A stretch of DNA of 64,000 bases, from contig CAVQUB010000013.1 in the NCBI GenBank assembly GCA_963716725.1, forward strand, positions 64,001 through 128,000, written 5' to 3'. Origin of the DNA: an uncultured delta proteobacterium (GTDB lineage Bacteria > Myxococcota_A > Polyangia > Polyangiales > Polyangiaceae). Both the position numbers and the translations under genes were made by a program. Under the pieces are notes generated by a model. That model worked only from the letters and a program-made list of their open reading frames with translations. It was not told the origin of the DNA and made no database searches. Below are positions 30,664 to 42,900 of this stretch, in pieces (positions within the stretch are counted from its first letter, which is position 1; each line of letters opens with the position of its first letter).

Positions 30664-32800
30664 GCCGAGTAGGGACCCCCGGTTGCCCGGGGGCCCCTCT
30701 CACAGAACCGGACTTGTGGGCCTCACATCCGGCTCTTCGGGACGATGGCGTTGGCGACGGCCGTGTTCTTCACGAGACCTCATGGCTCGCGAAGCCCGGG
30801 GCGGGTCCTCTTCCATCATCAGCTTGCGCCTCAGCTCATCTTCCCTGCCGCACCGGCGGCGGGAAGCCGATGTCCCAAATGCGCTCGTGGTTGCCACGCC
30901 AGTGAGCGTGCAGCGCAAAGAGGCCGCGTCGCTCGAAGTACTCGTTGTTGAGCCCCCGAGAAACGGCGCGGACCTTGCTGAGCGCCCACCAGCTCCGTCT
31001 TCGTGCATGTACATCGACGTGCACGAGTGGAGCCGGCACTCCCATTTGCTTCAATCGGTTCACGATGTGCCGCTTGCGCTTCCACTGCTTCAGCAGAAGA
31101 GCGCGCAGGCGACGGCGGAGATGACCGTCGACACGGTCCATTCGAGGGTGATGCTTCCCATCGCAGATCGCGAAGTAGCCGAGCCAACCGCGGAGATAGA
31201 CGTTCACGCGCTGGATGCACTCGTCGAACGACTGCCCCCAGTTGCGCGGCGTAAGCTCCTTCAGCCGTTGCCGAAGACGCTCCCAGGACGACTCCGCCAC
31301 CAGGACGCGGACTGGCCCAGACTTCAGCCGATGTAGCGTCAGTCCGAGAAAAGACCGCGTCTGTGGCTTCGCCACCTTGCTCTTCTCCTTGTTGACCCTG
31401 AGCCGCAAGCGCTTCGCGATGAAGCGCTCGAGACTCGCCATCACACGTTGCCCGGCAAGCTCGCTCCGTACGTAGACATTGCAATCGTCTGCGTACCTCA
31501 CGAATCGATGCCCTCTCGCTTCGAGCTCATGGTCGAGCTCGTCGAGCACGATGTTGCTGAGCAGCGGCGACAGTGGGCCCCCTTGCGGAGTCCCGCGGTC
31601 CATCGCTACCACCAGCCCATCGGGCATCACCACCTTGGCCCTGAGCATCTGTCGGATGAGCGAGAGCACGCGGCAATCCGCGATGCGCTGCTCCAGCCGC
31701 GACATCAGTCGATCGTGGTTCACTTGGTCGAAAAATTTCTCCAAATCGATGTCCACGACCCAGTCGTTGCCGGCTCCCAGATGCATCTTGGCTCGTTTGA
31801 TGGCCATGTGGGCCCCACGACCCGGGCGAAAACCGTAGCTCCAATCGTGAAAGGTCTTCTCGTACTGCGGGCTGAGCACTTGGTGCACCGCCTGCTGCAC
31901 GATCCGGTCGATCACGTTCGGGACTCCGAGTCCTCGCTGACCTCCACTCGCCTTGGGGATCCACACGCGCCGGACATCCCCGGCTCGATAACTCCCGTCC
32001 AGCAAGCTCCGCCCGAGCGCGGCCAAACAATCTTCGAGGTTCTTTCGAACTTCTCCGATCGTCTGCCGGTCGGGGCCAGGGGCTCCGCGATTTGCTGCGA
32101 CGTTCTGAAACGCCCGTCTCAGGTTTGCATCGTTGGCTATCTCCTCCATCGTCATCGGCGATAGGGCGTTGCTCGTTCCCTGCGACGACTTCGGCACCGC
32201 GAGTCGTTTCCCGCCGGGTGGGCCCGACGTTCGTGCGACCGCGGCCCCTTGCGGGGTTACGGCTGTCTCGTCGAAGAGAGCGAGCTGCTCTACCTGTTTG
32301 CTGACCGTGACCGCCTTCCCTTGCCGACCCTCGTCGGCTCGGTGCGTCTTTCGACGACCTTCCGGTACTACGCGACCATCCGACTTCTGCCGTCCCGTCA
32401 CCGCCTCGTCCTTTCGTCCTCGGCTGCTACCGTGCTCATCGCACGGAGACCGGCAAATCTCCCCGGGTAAGAAACGCAGAACTTCACACGAATCCCGTCG
32501 CCAATACACCCGACCGACCAACAGACTTCGGGCTTCGCCGCTGGAGACCGGCTCACCCACGGTACGTATGCTTTACGGCGCTTCGCTTGCGCTCGGTTCC
32601 GTGTTGCACCTACGGCTTCCACCAGACGTCCCCTCGCGGGCACACCGCGGCTCACAACCGCAAGCGTGAAGCTCGGTGCTCCGAGCCGACGCCCTTGCCT
32701 TCGGTGAGAGGTTCCCTCTGTCAGGGCCCTCAAAGGACTTGAATCAATTCTCATCGAGTACTGGTTCTCACCTTCTGTTCTGCGCCCATGCCGGGCGCGA
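30664..32800 (-). mobile_element. Group II intron (class C-like)
   Basis: 5' TCGCGCCCGGCATGGGCG; domain V GAGCCGGATGTGAGGCCCACAAGTCCGGTTC; domain VI stem ending CCCTACTCGGC. Removing it restores the C7 run seen in the intron-free site at 35750-35756. Confidence 0.88.
30836..32560 (-). CDS. ltrA: Group II intron reverse transcriptase/maturase without an endonuclease domain (true start probably near 32155)
   Basis: GAPGPD, RRVWIPK, DRIVQQA, SYGFRPGR, DIDLEKFFD, GTPQGGPLSPLLSN, RYADD, domain X LRGWLGYF. Confidence 0.93.
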   Translation of the reverse strand: MGEPVSSGEARSLLVGRVYWRRDSCEVLRFLPGEICRSPCDEHGSSRGRKDEAVTGRQKSDGRVVPEGRRKTHRADEGRQGKAVTVSKQVEQLALFDETAVTPQGAAVARTSGPPGGKRLAVPKSSQGTSNALSPMTMEEIANDANLRRAFQNVAANRGAPGPDRQTIGEVRKNLEDCLAALGRSLLDGSYRAGDVRRVWIPKASGGQRGLGVPNVIDRIVQQAVHQVLSPQYEKTFHDWSYGFRPGRGAHMAIKRAKMHLGAGNDWVVDIDLEKFFDQVNHDRLMSRLEQRIADCRVLSLIRQMLRAKVVMPDGLVVAMDRGTPQGGPLSPLLSNIVLDELDHELEARGHRFVRYADDCNVYVRSELAGQRVMASLERFIAKRLRLRVNKEKSKVAKPQTRSFLGLTLHRLKSGPVRVLVAESSWERLRQRLKELTPRNWGQSFDECIQRVNVYLRGWLGYFAICDGKHHPRMDRVDGHLRRRLRALLLKQWKRKRHIVNRLKQMGVPAPLVHVDVHARRRSWWALSKVRAVSRGLNNEYFERRGLFALHAHWRGNHERIWDIGFPPPVRQGR

Positions 32801-33204
32801 CCCCTTATCCGGTGAGCGCGGGAAGACCCGCGCCCACGCGGATGGAGGGGACGCGCCGCTCCGTGCTTGGGTGCGCGATCCTGGCGGGCAAGGCCCGCAC
32901 GGGCGGGCTTCGAGAACGGCCCGGCGGAGCGCGACGAGGCGCACGCGCGGGCCGCGGCGCTCGAAGAGGTGCTCCGGATCCTGTCGGCGCAGCTCGACCT
33001 GATCGCAGACTGGTTGCGCGCCGTTCCGTACCAACCTGCGCCGTCGTGCCATCGCCGACCAATCTCGGCATGCGACACTGTTGAGCCATCCCCGCCACGG
33101 CAATCTGGGAATCCCGAAAGTCCTGCGCCGCAGATCCGAGCGCGGTTCGGCCGGTGACACGTGTTGCTGACTGCCGATTCCGTGCCGCGATCATCGAACC
33201 ACCA

Positions 33205-33290
33205 AGCACCAGGTTTGGGAGCAGGAACGAGCCCGATCGGATCCTCGCTGATCCACCTCCCCACCGTCGGGTCGTAATCCCTCGCCCCTC
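33205..33290 (-). pseudogene. Tiny Rhs core remnant
   Basis: GARDYDPTVGRWISEDPIGLVPAPKPG matches the main Rhs core end GARDYDARVGRWTGKDPIGLVPAPKPG. Confidence 0.75.
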
Positions 33291-33351
33291 CTCGCTCGAC
33301 AGAAATTCGAGAAACGCGCGGGGTGAGGCGCATCGCTCCGTGTGCTGGCCA

Positions 33352-33873
33352 CTATCCCCACGCGCGATTTAGGAGCCACCAGGTGCCGACCCCAAACATC
33401 GCCGCAAACGCGACCCAGCTCGCACCGATGGGCGCGGCCGTCGCCACGAAGACAAAGCCACCGGCAAGTGTTGCTAGGTAGATCGACGCTCGCTTCGCGC
33501 GTCGATGTTCGCCCTGCTGACCCCGAGCCAGCATGTTGGTGATGGCGACAGCACACAGCAGCCCAAGGTGTGCCAACAGCACGGTCAACGACCCCCAGCG
33601 AATGCTGGTGGCAGCTGCGCTGGCGATGCACGACCACTGCAGCGCTAAAAGGAACCATTTCCACCACGCAGTTCCGCCGAAACGCGCTCTCGCGAACCGC
33701 AGAACGGCGAAACTCAGTACCTCCACAGTCAGTCCGACGGCCGAACTGCTCCAGCGCGCTGCATCGGCAAGCACAACCGCCGCAAACGCGACTGGCCCGA
33801 TGACCGCAGGGACTGCGCTCAACGCCCATCCGGCACCCCCCCCCTGGGCGCTACTCGGGCTGTTCGCACGCAT
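33352..33873 (-). CDS. Small multi-pass membrane protein, putative immunity partner of the orphan Rhs tip
   Basis: Overlaps the orphan Rhs stop; several hydrophobic segments. Function inferred from position only. Confidence 0.55.
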   Translation of the reverse strand: MRANSPSSAQGGGAGWALSAVPAVIGPVAFAAVVLADAARWSSSAVGLTVEVLSFAVLRFARARFGGTAWWKWFLLALQWSCIASAAATSIRWGSLTVLLAHLGLLCAVAITNMLARGQQGEHRRAKRASIYLATLAGGFVFVATAAPIGASWVAFAAMFGVGTWWLLNRAWG

Positions 33874-35709
33874 TTTTCGGCTCCGGCTTTGGGGGCTTGG
33901 GCTCGCATGCCGGCAGACCGAACGCGCCGCCAGCGAAGCAAGCAGCGACGCACGCGGCAAACGCGATTTCTCCCTTCGGAGGCGGCAGTGCCAACAGCCC
34001 CGTGCAACCGTAGGCGCACGCGAGCGTGAAAACGTTGACAAGGATTTTGCAGGTGGTCGGGTTCTCCTGGAAGAAGTTCGACAAGTCGTCCAGCGGATCT
34101 CGTCCCGTGCGGTCCATCCGATTCACGGGGTCGGACAATGAGTACCCGAAAAGGTTGGTCCCTGTGCCCTGCAGCCCGACCGGATCCTTGCTCACCCACC
34201 TCCCGACCCTGGGATCAAAGTCGCGAGCCCCAAAGCGGGTGAGCCCCGTCTCCCAATCGAACATCCCTCCCGCGAAGCCAAACGGCACGAAATCCGACGT
34301 CCCCGCGATCAGCGTCCGGTTGCCCCAGGCGTCGAAGTCCGCACGCCACGCGACGGCCCCGCTGGCGACGTCCACGAGCGCCCTCGGCGAGCCGAGGTGG
34401 TCGCTGGGCACCCGGTACGTCACGCCCCCGCGCACCATGTACTCCGGCACGTTGCTCTTCGAGCCGTACACGAACCTCCCCACGAGCGCCCCGCTCCCAT
34501 CGAGCTCCGCCACCGGGTTGAGCTGGTTCCGGTAGAGCCACGCCTTCTCGAGCACGCCGTTCTTCTTCTTGCCGACGCGGCGGCCCTGGCCGTCCACGAG
34601 GTACTGGATCACGTCGCCGCTCGGCAGGTCGACCTGGACCAAGTTCCCGCGCACATCATACGTGTAGGTCGTCGTGCCCGAAGCATCCGTCTTGGTGCGC
34701 AGCTCACCGTTGGCCGTGTACGTGAAGCTCGTCGCTCCGTAGCTCAGCAGCCGATCCTGCGCGTCGTACACCCCCACCGTCGTCCCGGTTGGCGTGGTGA
34801 GCAGCGTGCGGTTACCGTTGGCGTCGTAGTCGTAGTGCTCCCAGAGCGTGCCGTCCTTCTGCACGTCGACGAGGCGCCGGCGGAGGTCATAGGTGTAGCG
34901 CCACGTCGTGCTCGCTCCGCCGTTCGTCTCGACCCGCTGCACGATGCGCCCGAGCGCGTCGCGCGGGTTGGCCGCGGTGTCCACGACCTCGCTGAACACG
35001 TTGGTCGCTCCGACCCGTCCGGTGGTGCTCGCGAGTTCGCCGAAGACGTTGTACGTCAGCGTGTCCGTCACCACGCCGTGGGTCGAGCCCGTCACCAATC
35101 CATTCCCCGCGTTGAGCGTGATCTTCAGTGCGTCCGTGCCCGCAGGCGAGCAGGTGCTCGGCGAGGCGCAGCTCAGGAGGTCGTCGTTGTCGAAGCCGAA
35201 CGCCACCGGTGACGTCGTCGCGCCCACCGTGACGGTCTCGCTGGTGACGCGGAAGCTCGAGTCGTGGCCGAAGCTCACGCTGCCCGAAACTGCCCCCGAC
35301 CACGTCAGGCTCTTCAGCAGGAGGCCGTCGTACGCGTGATCCAGAACCACGCCGCTCGGGTCGGTGATGCGTTGCAGGCGGCCCGGCGCGCAGCCGGGGC
35401 ACGGCGTCAGCCCGAAGTAGTCGTAATCGACGTTGCCGGCCGGCGTGGTGAGGAGATTGAGCTTGCCGGCGGAGTCGTACGTCCTTCCCACCAGCAGGCC
35501 ATCAGGCCTCGTCGTCTGAGTGAGCTGCTTGTCCAAGTTGTACGCGAACAGTGTACTCGGGACGGGCACCCCCGGCACGCTCGGGGGCGTGTAGGCGCTC
35601 AGCAGGTCCACCGGCGTGAAGCTCTGGCCGTGCGCGGGCTGTCCGGGGGGCGTCACGCTGGTCAGGTTGCTGTTGCCGTCCCACGCGAAGCTCGTGAGCG
35701 CGCCGTCGG
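33851..35709 (-). pseudogene. Orphan Rhs module: duplicated 3' YD/Rhs core with a different Cys-rich C-terminal tip
   Basis: Near-identical to the main gene from 38865 downward, diverging near the core end (DRTG). Homology starts abruptly after the hairpin element. Confidence 0.88.
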
Positions 35710-36230
35710 TCTTGCTGCCCCCCCTCGTCGGCGCTGACGCGCCGCCGGTCCCCCCCTTATCCGGTGAGCGCGGGAAGACCCGCGCCCACGCGGATGGGGG
35801 GGACACGTTCTTCCGTGCTTGGGTGCACAAGCCTGGCGGGCAAGGCCCGCTGCCTCGCGGGTGGTCGAAGCACGCACGGAAGCGCGCTGCTCCACGCCGT
35901 CGCCCTTGCGCGCGTGGCGCTGCTCATGCTCGACCTGCGGGCGGGCTTCGAGAACGGGCCGGCGGAGCGCGACGAGGCGCGCGCGCGGGCCGCGGCGCTC
36001 GAAGAGGTGCTCCGGATCCTGTCCGCGCAGCTCGACATGATCGCAGACTGGTTGCGCGCCGTTCCGTACCAACCTGCGCCGTCGTGCCATCGCCGACCAA
36101 GCTCGGTATGCGACACTGTTGAGCCATCCCCGCCACGACAATGCGGGGATCCCGCGAAAGTCCTGCGACGCAGATCCGAGCGCGGTTCGGCCGGTGACAC
36201 GTGTCGCTGACTGCCGATTCCGTGCCGCGA

Positions 36231-36953
36231 TCATCGAACCACCAAGTAGCTCGACAGCGTTGCGAGCGCTGGTGGCAACATGCACACGCCGGCCCAGGCC
36301 ACCCCCAGCACAAGCGACGCGCGAACTGATTTGGGAACTCCGACGACGCGACGGAAGAACACGTACGGCGCGCGGAAGACTGCGAACGTCGCTGGCCCCA
36401 CCGCCTCGACAACCAGCCAATTCAGCACGAACGACAGCACCATCGCGACCAAGAGCGCCGCGCCGTAGAGCCCGGCCATGACGCTCAGACCCCAAACGAG
36501 CGGCGACCTGATGGTCCAGGCATATACCTCGAAGAGCTGGACAAGCAATCGACTTCGCGGCGGCCGATGTGCCCACTCCGGCACGGCCGCCGGCAGGCGT
36601 ACCATCAAGTGCGCCTGAAAGACAGCCAACCCGGAAAACACCACGCCCAAGAGCGCAAGCGATTCCGTTCGATGGCCTGTGGCCACACCGAGGGTCGCCA
36701 GCAGCGACGTCGCTGCGGTGACCGCGGGCGGCCAAACAGGGACCACCTGCCGGGGCAGGGCAGCCGTGGACCGCGTACGAATCACCCGGAGCGCAGCAGT
36801 AACGTGTACCACGAAAAACAGCGCGATGGCAGGGCACCGTAACACCCCCCACCCGTTGAGCGGAGTCAGCGAGACCAGGCAAGCTGCAGCAGTCACTCCG
36901 GTGAGCCCGAGCAGCAGCCCGAGACCCTGCGCGCGCGTGTCGCGTTCGGCCAT
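36231..36953 (-). CDS. Multi-pass membrane protein, putative immunity partner of the full-length Rhs
   Basis: Starts MAERDTRAQG just downstream of the Rhs stop; about 6 hydrophobic segments. Confidence 0.6.
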   Translation of the reverse strand: MAERDTRAQGLGLLLGLTGVTAAACLVSLTPLNGWGVLRCPAIALFFVVHVTAALRVIRTRSTAALPRQVVPVWPPAVTAATSLLATLGVATGHRTESLALLGVVFSGLAVFQAHLMVRLPAAVPEWAHRPPRSRLLVQLFEVYAWTIRSPLVWGLSVMAGLYGAALLVAMVLSFVLNWLVVEAVGPATFAVFRAPYVFFRRVVGVPKSVRASLVLGVAWAGVCMLPPALATLSSYLVVR

Positions 36954-36976
36954 GAGCCACCCACTCCCTACGACGG

Positions 36977-39900
36977 TTACGGTGGACACTTCTGCCCCCC
37001 GACTTCTGGACAAACGCTCTCCTGCGGCGGGGCGTTCGCCCCACCGCAGGTGCACGCCACAAGCACGCCGGACGGGTCCACGCAACATGCCTGCGGATCG
37101 AGGCCAGCGAGGAAGCATTGTTCCGCGAATTTCTCCTCGGCCGATTGCTCCGGCACGTGGTACGCGGGTGAGACAAAGATCTCCCAGAGCAAGTGGCCGA
37201 CGACGTGCCGAACGAGATGCACCACCCAGAGGGGAACTCGCCCCGACGGATCCGCCCGGTTGACGCTGTCGCCCCATGCGTATCCAAATGCGTTTGGAAC
37301 GGCGCTACCAGGTTTGGGAGCAGGAACGAGCCCGATCGGATCCTTCCCCGTCCACCTCCCGACCCTCGCGTCGTAGTCCCTCGCACCGAACCGCGTCAGC
37401 CCGGTCTCCGCATCGAACATCCCCCCCGCGAAGCCAAACGGCACAAAATCAGCCGTCCCCGCGATCAGCGTGCGGTTGCCCCAAGCGTCGAAGTCGGCAC
37501 GCCACGCGACGGTACCGGTGGCCACATCGACCAACGCCCTCGGCGACCCGAGGTGGTCGGAGAGCACGCGGTACGTCACGCCGCCACGCACCACGTACTC
37601 CGGCACGTTGCTCTTGGACCCGTACACGAACCTCCCTACCAGGTTCCCCGCGCCGTCGAGCTCCGCCGCCGGGTTGAGCTGGTTCCGGTAGAGCCACGCC
37701 TTCTCGAGCACGCCGTTCTTCTTCTTGCCGACGCGGCGATCCTGTCCGTCGACCAAGTACTGGATCACGTCGCCGCTCGGCAGGTCCACCTGCACCAGGT
37801 TGCCGCGCACGTCGTGGGTGTACGTCGTCGTGCCGCCCGCGTCCGTCTTCGTGCGCAGCTCGCCGTTCGCAGTGTACGTGTAGCTCGTGCTGCCGTAGCT
37901 CAGCAGCCGATCCTGCGCGTCGTACACGCCCACCGTCGTCCCGCTCGGCGTCGTCAGCAGCGTGCGGTTCCCGTTGCCGTCGTAGTCGTAGTGCTCGAAG
38001 AGCGAGCCGTCCTTCTGCACGTCGATGAGCCGCCCGCGCAGATCATACGCGTACCGCCACGTCGTGCTCGCGCCGCCATTCGTCTCGACGCGCTGCACGA
38101 TGCGCCCGAGCGCATCCCGCGGAACGGCGGTCGTGGCGACCACCTCGCTGAACACTCCTGTCACCCCGACCTTCCCCGCATAGCTCGCCAGCTCGCCGAA
38201 CGCGTTGTACGTCAGCGTGTCCGTCACCAGGCCGTGGGTGGAGCCGGTGACCAGGCCGTTGCCAGCATTCAAGGTGATCTTCAGCGCATCGGTGCCCGCG
38301 GGCGAGCAGGTGCTCGGCGATGCGCAGATCAGGAGGTCGTCGTTGTCGAGGCCGAACGCCACGCTGCTCGTGTTCGCTCCGACCGTCACCGTCTCGCTCG
38401 TGACGCGGAAGCTCGCGTCGTGGCCGAAGCTCACGGTGCCCGAAACTGCCCCCGACCACGTCAGGCTCTTCAGCAGGAGGCCGTCGTACGCGTGATCCAG
38501 AACCACGCCGCTCGGGTCGGTGATGCGTTGCAGGCGGCCCGGCGCGCAGCCGGGGCACGGCGTCAGCCCGAAGTAGTCGTAGTCCACGTTGCCCGTGGGC
38601 GTCGTGAGCAGATCGAGCTTGCCGGCGGAATCGTAGGTCCTGCCGATGAGCAGGCCGTCAGGGCGCGTCGTCTGGGTGAGCTGCTTGTCCAAGTTGTACG
38701 CGAACAGTGTGCTCGGGACGGGCACCCCCGGCACGCTCGGGGGCGTGTAGGCGCTCAGCAGGTCCACCGGCGTGAAGCTCTGGCCGTGCGCAGGCTGTCC
38801 TGGTGGCGTCACGCTGGTCAGGTTGCTGTTGCCGTCCCACGCGAAGCTCGTGAGCGCGCCGTCGGGGTCGAGCTGCTGCAGGATGCGGCCGGTGGCGTCG
38901 GGCGAGAAGCTCGTGGTCTGGCCCAGCGCGTTGGTCACCCACTGGACGTAGCCGTTGCGCGAGTCGCTGGTGTTGAAGTACGTCGTACTCCGTGTGCGCG
39001 GCCCTTGGGTCACCGTCGCGAGGCGCCCACGGGAGTCGTGGCCGACCACGATCGGGGTGATGCCGGTCACCTCGCGGCGAGTGACGCGCATCTGGGGGTC
39101 GTGGAAGGTCTTGCTGATCCGGCCTGCTGGGCTCGTGACCGTCGTGGTGAGCGTGGCCCTGTTGAACACCGTCGTCGTAGTGCGACCGTTGACGGACACC
39201 GTATCTGTCTGCCAGCTCAGGGAGAGGGGATTCAGCAAATCTGTCAGATTGATGGAGCGAGTGCGTGTCTCGTTGCGCACCAGCCCGGAGGGGGTTCGAG
39301 TGCTCGTGGAGACGACGGGAGCCATGAGGCTGAATCGTGAATCCGGCAAATTCGTGCTCGTCGACCGCGTTCCGTCGGGGGTGGTCAGCACGACCGTTCC
39401 GCCCTTGTCCCGACTTCGAACGGCAACGGTGCCGTCCGGGAAGGCGTTGGTCTGCTGCAGTACCCCGGTCGGTAGGAACTCGGTGAGGTAGCTGGACGTC
39501 CGCCCGAGTGCCGACGTCCGCGAAACCGACCAGCCGGTCGCGAGGTCAGTTCTGGCCAACGCGAACGACCCCGAAGCTGCATCGGTGTCGAGGAGGAGCC
39601 GCCCCAGTCCGTCATACAGCATGGTGCTCGTCTGCCCGCGCGCGTTGGTGAGCGATTCGAGGTTGCCGTCGATGGAGTATGTAATTGCGACGGCCTCACC
39701 GGCAGGATTGGTCACGGCCGACAAGAACCCGCTGGAGTTCACGGCGAACGAGGTCTGATGCCCGAACGGACCGCCGACCCCGGTCGGTGTTCCAGACGCG
39801 TCTCGCTGGATTGTGGTCACGTTCCCATCTCCGTCGGTCAGCGATGAGACGAACCCGGTTGCGCCGTAGGCGAAGGTGGTGCGAGCAGCACCCGTGCGCG

Positions 39901-42900
39901 CATCGAGGGTCTGGAGGTGACGACCATCCGAGTCGAACGAATAGACCTCGCTGGCTTCCTGTGAAGGGATTACGTACGATGCGGACAGCGAAGGAAGCGG
40001 GCTCTCAATGACATGCAGCCCCGTGTTCGTCCCAGCGACGTACATGCGCCCGTTCTGACCCATGGCAAGTCCGATGACGAAGAGCTGCACAGATGTGGCC
40101 GGCACGCCCGAAGCCAAACCGGAGCCCCCGCCTGCAACCCTTCGGATGATGCCGTCGGCGCCGACGGCGTGAACCGTCTGGTCGTTGTGGGTTCCAACGT
40201 ACAGCGTGTCGTCAGGCCCGATGGCTACGGCCAGCGGATTGTTGAGTTGGCGCTGGGTCGCCGGTACGCCCGAAGCATCCAGGCACGGCGTCCCCACGCA
40301 ACCGGCGACCGTCGTCACGCGCCCGGCGCGGTCCAGCCGGCGGACTCTGGAAAATCTGTTGTCAGCAAAGTACAGGTTGCCCTGCCGGTCGAAAGCAAAG
40401 TCAACTGCGCTGAGATCCGCCTGGAGAGCCTGCACGTCATCTGCCGGCAGCGGCAGGAACCCCCCGGTGCCGGTGCCGGCGATCGTCCGGATGACCCCGT
40501 CCGGGCCGACTTTGCGGATCATGGAGCCATTGCTGATGTAGAGCCCGCCATCGGGCCCATAGGCGAGCGCGATCGGGTTATAGATGCGCGCGCTTGTAGC
40601 GGGCCCGCCGTCTCCGTCATTCCCCCCGACCGGGAGTCCGCCGATGGTCGTGAAGACTCCCGCAACAGTCGTGATGATGCCATCAAGACCGACGCGCCGC
40701 ACAACGTGGTTGCCGGTGTCGGCGATGTAGACGGCACCATCGGGAGCGATCACGACATCTTGAGGCGAGCGGAGGCTCGCAGCCGTTGCGGGCCCGCCAT
40801 CGCCAGCGTAGCCCGTCAGGCCGCCTCCTGCGAAAGTCGAAATGGTCCCGTCCTTCGCCAAGCGTCGGACCACGTTTCCGTAGACATAGAGGACGGTCTC
40901 GTCCGGGTAGACCGCCAACTCGTCGATACGACCTACCGGACCTGGGACAAGAGTCTTGAAGATTGGAACGATCGAACTGGCACTTCGACGCGACCCGTCA
41001 CCTTTGAACAGCGTGCGACTCACAGGGTCGTATGCGTGGTGCACATCGAGCGACCAACCCCCAAGACCCAAGGCGGAGGCATCCCACCGTCCGATACGGC
41101 CGTTCCAGTCGCGGTCAATCGAGTACTCGCCCAGGATTGGGCCGGCGATTGGTTGGGACCCGAATTCGCCAAAAACCAGGGTAGTCGTGTAGACGACGTC
41201 GTAGATGTATCTGACCCTTGCGCGTACGCGTTGCATGCCCTGTGTCGGGCGGCCGAAGGCGTCCTTTTCCATCCCACGTGAACGTGGTGAGCTGATTGGG
41301 TGCAGGCGGAAAAACCTGAGTGAAAGTGCGTCCAGCAACCGCGACCTCCAAGAGGATCCGCTTCACTCTCGGCGGTGGCGTGGCCGTGCTCAGTTGCAGT
41401 TCAATCGTGTTGCCAGTCGCTCGCCCTGCAAGCCGATCACTCGCGTAGTGGATTGAGTGGGGAGTGCCCGGAAGGCGCACGGTCTCGCGTAGCTTCTGGG
41501 TTTGGCATGCGATCGAGGAGGCACCGTCCTGTTTGCACTGGCCGTCATCATCGTCGGGTTCCTCGGGGTCCGGTTGGTCCGGATCGGGGTCGTCCGGCTT
41601 GGGCGGCGGCGGAGGTCCATCGGTCGGGTCGGGCATCCACCCCCAATTCCAGTCCTTCGGGGAGAACTGAGTTACTGGAGTGCGCCAGACGCTCACCCCT
41701 GGAGAGTACAGACTCGCGAGCTGGTAGAGTTCAGCGTCCGACATGCTGATCGTCGCAAGCTCGGAAGGCGAGTCCGCAAGGCCGTCGCCGGTCGAGTCTA
41801 TGAGTGCCTTTCCGGCGGAGTGCCCCAACACGGCGAGCACGACGCCACTCGGCTGAGGGATCCATTGGGCAGTCGGACGGTCGTAGCTCCCGAGCGGGAC
41901 CACGGTCCCCGCGGGGAATCCCAGAAAGTTCTCCAGGTAGAACCAGACCGGCTGCGAGAATTGGATGGACGCACCCGATGCGAGGGCCTCATCAACGCTC
42001 AGTTCCGCCGCGTATGTGTACATGCTGGCGGGCGGCAGAAGCGCTGGCATCGCTTCTGGGCCGGAGGCACCAACGGTGTACTCGGTGGCCCGGACGCTCA
42101 ATTCCGTGAGTGGGAATGTACTGCCATCCGGCCGTCTCGCCGTCGCCGTGGTTCCGGCCGCGAACAGCATCGTCGCTTGCCGCGTTCCGTTGGCGTCAGC
42201 TTCTTGCACACCACGGGCAACCTGAAACGGTTGGGGCGACGAGAGGTCAATGCTTGTCACCTGCGAGGTGAGCGGCACCAGAACTACGTCCGCTGTTGAA
42301 GCGAACTCGCCCCATGGGGGTCGCGCGGATCGCTGCGCCGGCAGATACCCGGGCTTGGCGAACTCCACGACGAACTCGCCTCCGCCGTTGACCATCATGA
42401 AGTAGCGACCGTCTGCATGAGTCTGGGTTTGTCCAAACTCGGGGTGCCCCAGCACGGACACAGCGACGCCGGGGATCGGACCGCCGCTGCGAGACGAAAT
42501 GCGGCCGTATAGCACCGCTGCACGTTGGACATCGATCGCCCCAGCTGCGACGCCCGGTTGAACTGGGTTTGGACCAGCGAGAAGCCAGCTCATGGAGTCG
42601 AGCAGAGTTGTCGATACCGTTCGATCCAGCGCCGAACATCCAACATGACGTATCCCGAGCACGGGGTCGCAAAGGTCGATCGTGCAGGCGTCCCCGTCGT
42701 CCACCGGCAGCGGCGACCCGCCAAGGCACTGCCCGCTCGTGTCGCAGAGGGCGCCGATCGTGCACAAGTCGAAATTGCACATCGTGCCCGCGGGCGACGG
42801 CGAGTGGCTCACCACCCCCGTGTTCGGGTCGCACGCGTCGAGCGTGCACGCGTTGCCGTCGCTGGTCGGGATTGGCGTCCCGGACTGGCAGACTCCCGCT

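Larger units (their letters stand above)
32801..36246 (-). repeat. Trailer repeat after each Rhs immunity gene (32801-33206 versus 35753-36246), ending in the double-hairpin element (intact copy 35717-35804)
   Basis: Near-identical blocks. Minus strand reads GTCCCCCCCATCCG..CGGATAAGGGGGGGAC, CGGCGGCGC-GTCA-GCGCCGACG, AGGGGGGGC. Confidence 0.9.

Noticed and set aside
8615..41275. Programmed frameshifting in astB, IS4 #2, IS91 copy B or the Rhs gene
   Set aside because: Scattered single-base indels, some in homopolymers, are better explained by sequencing error or decay. Raw reads are needed.
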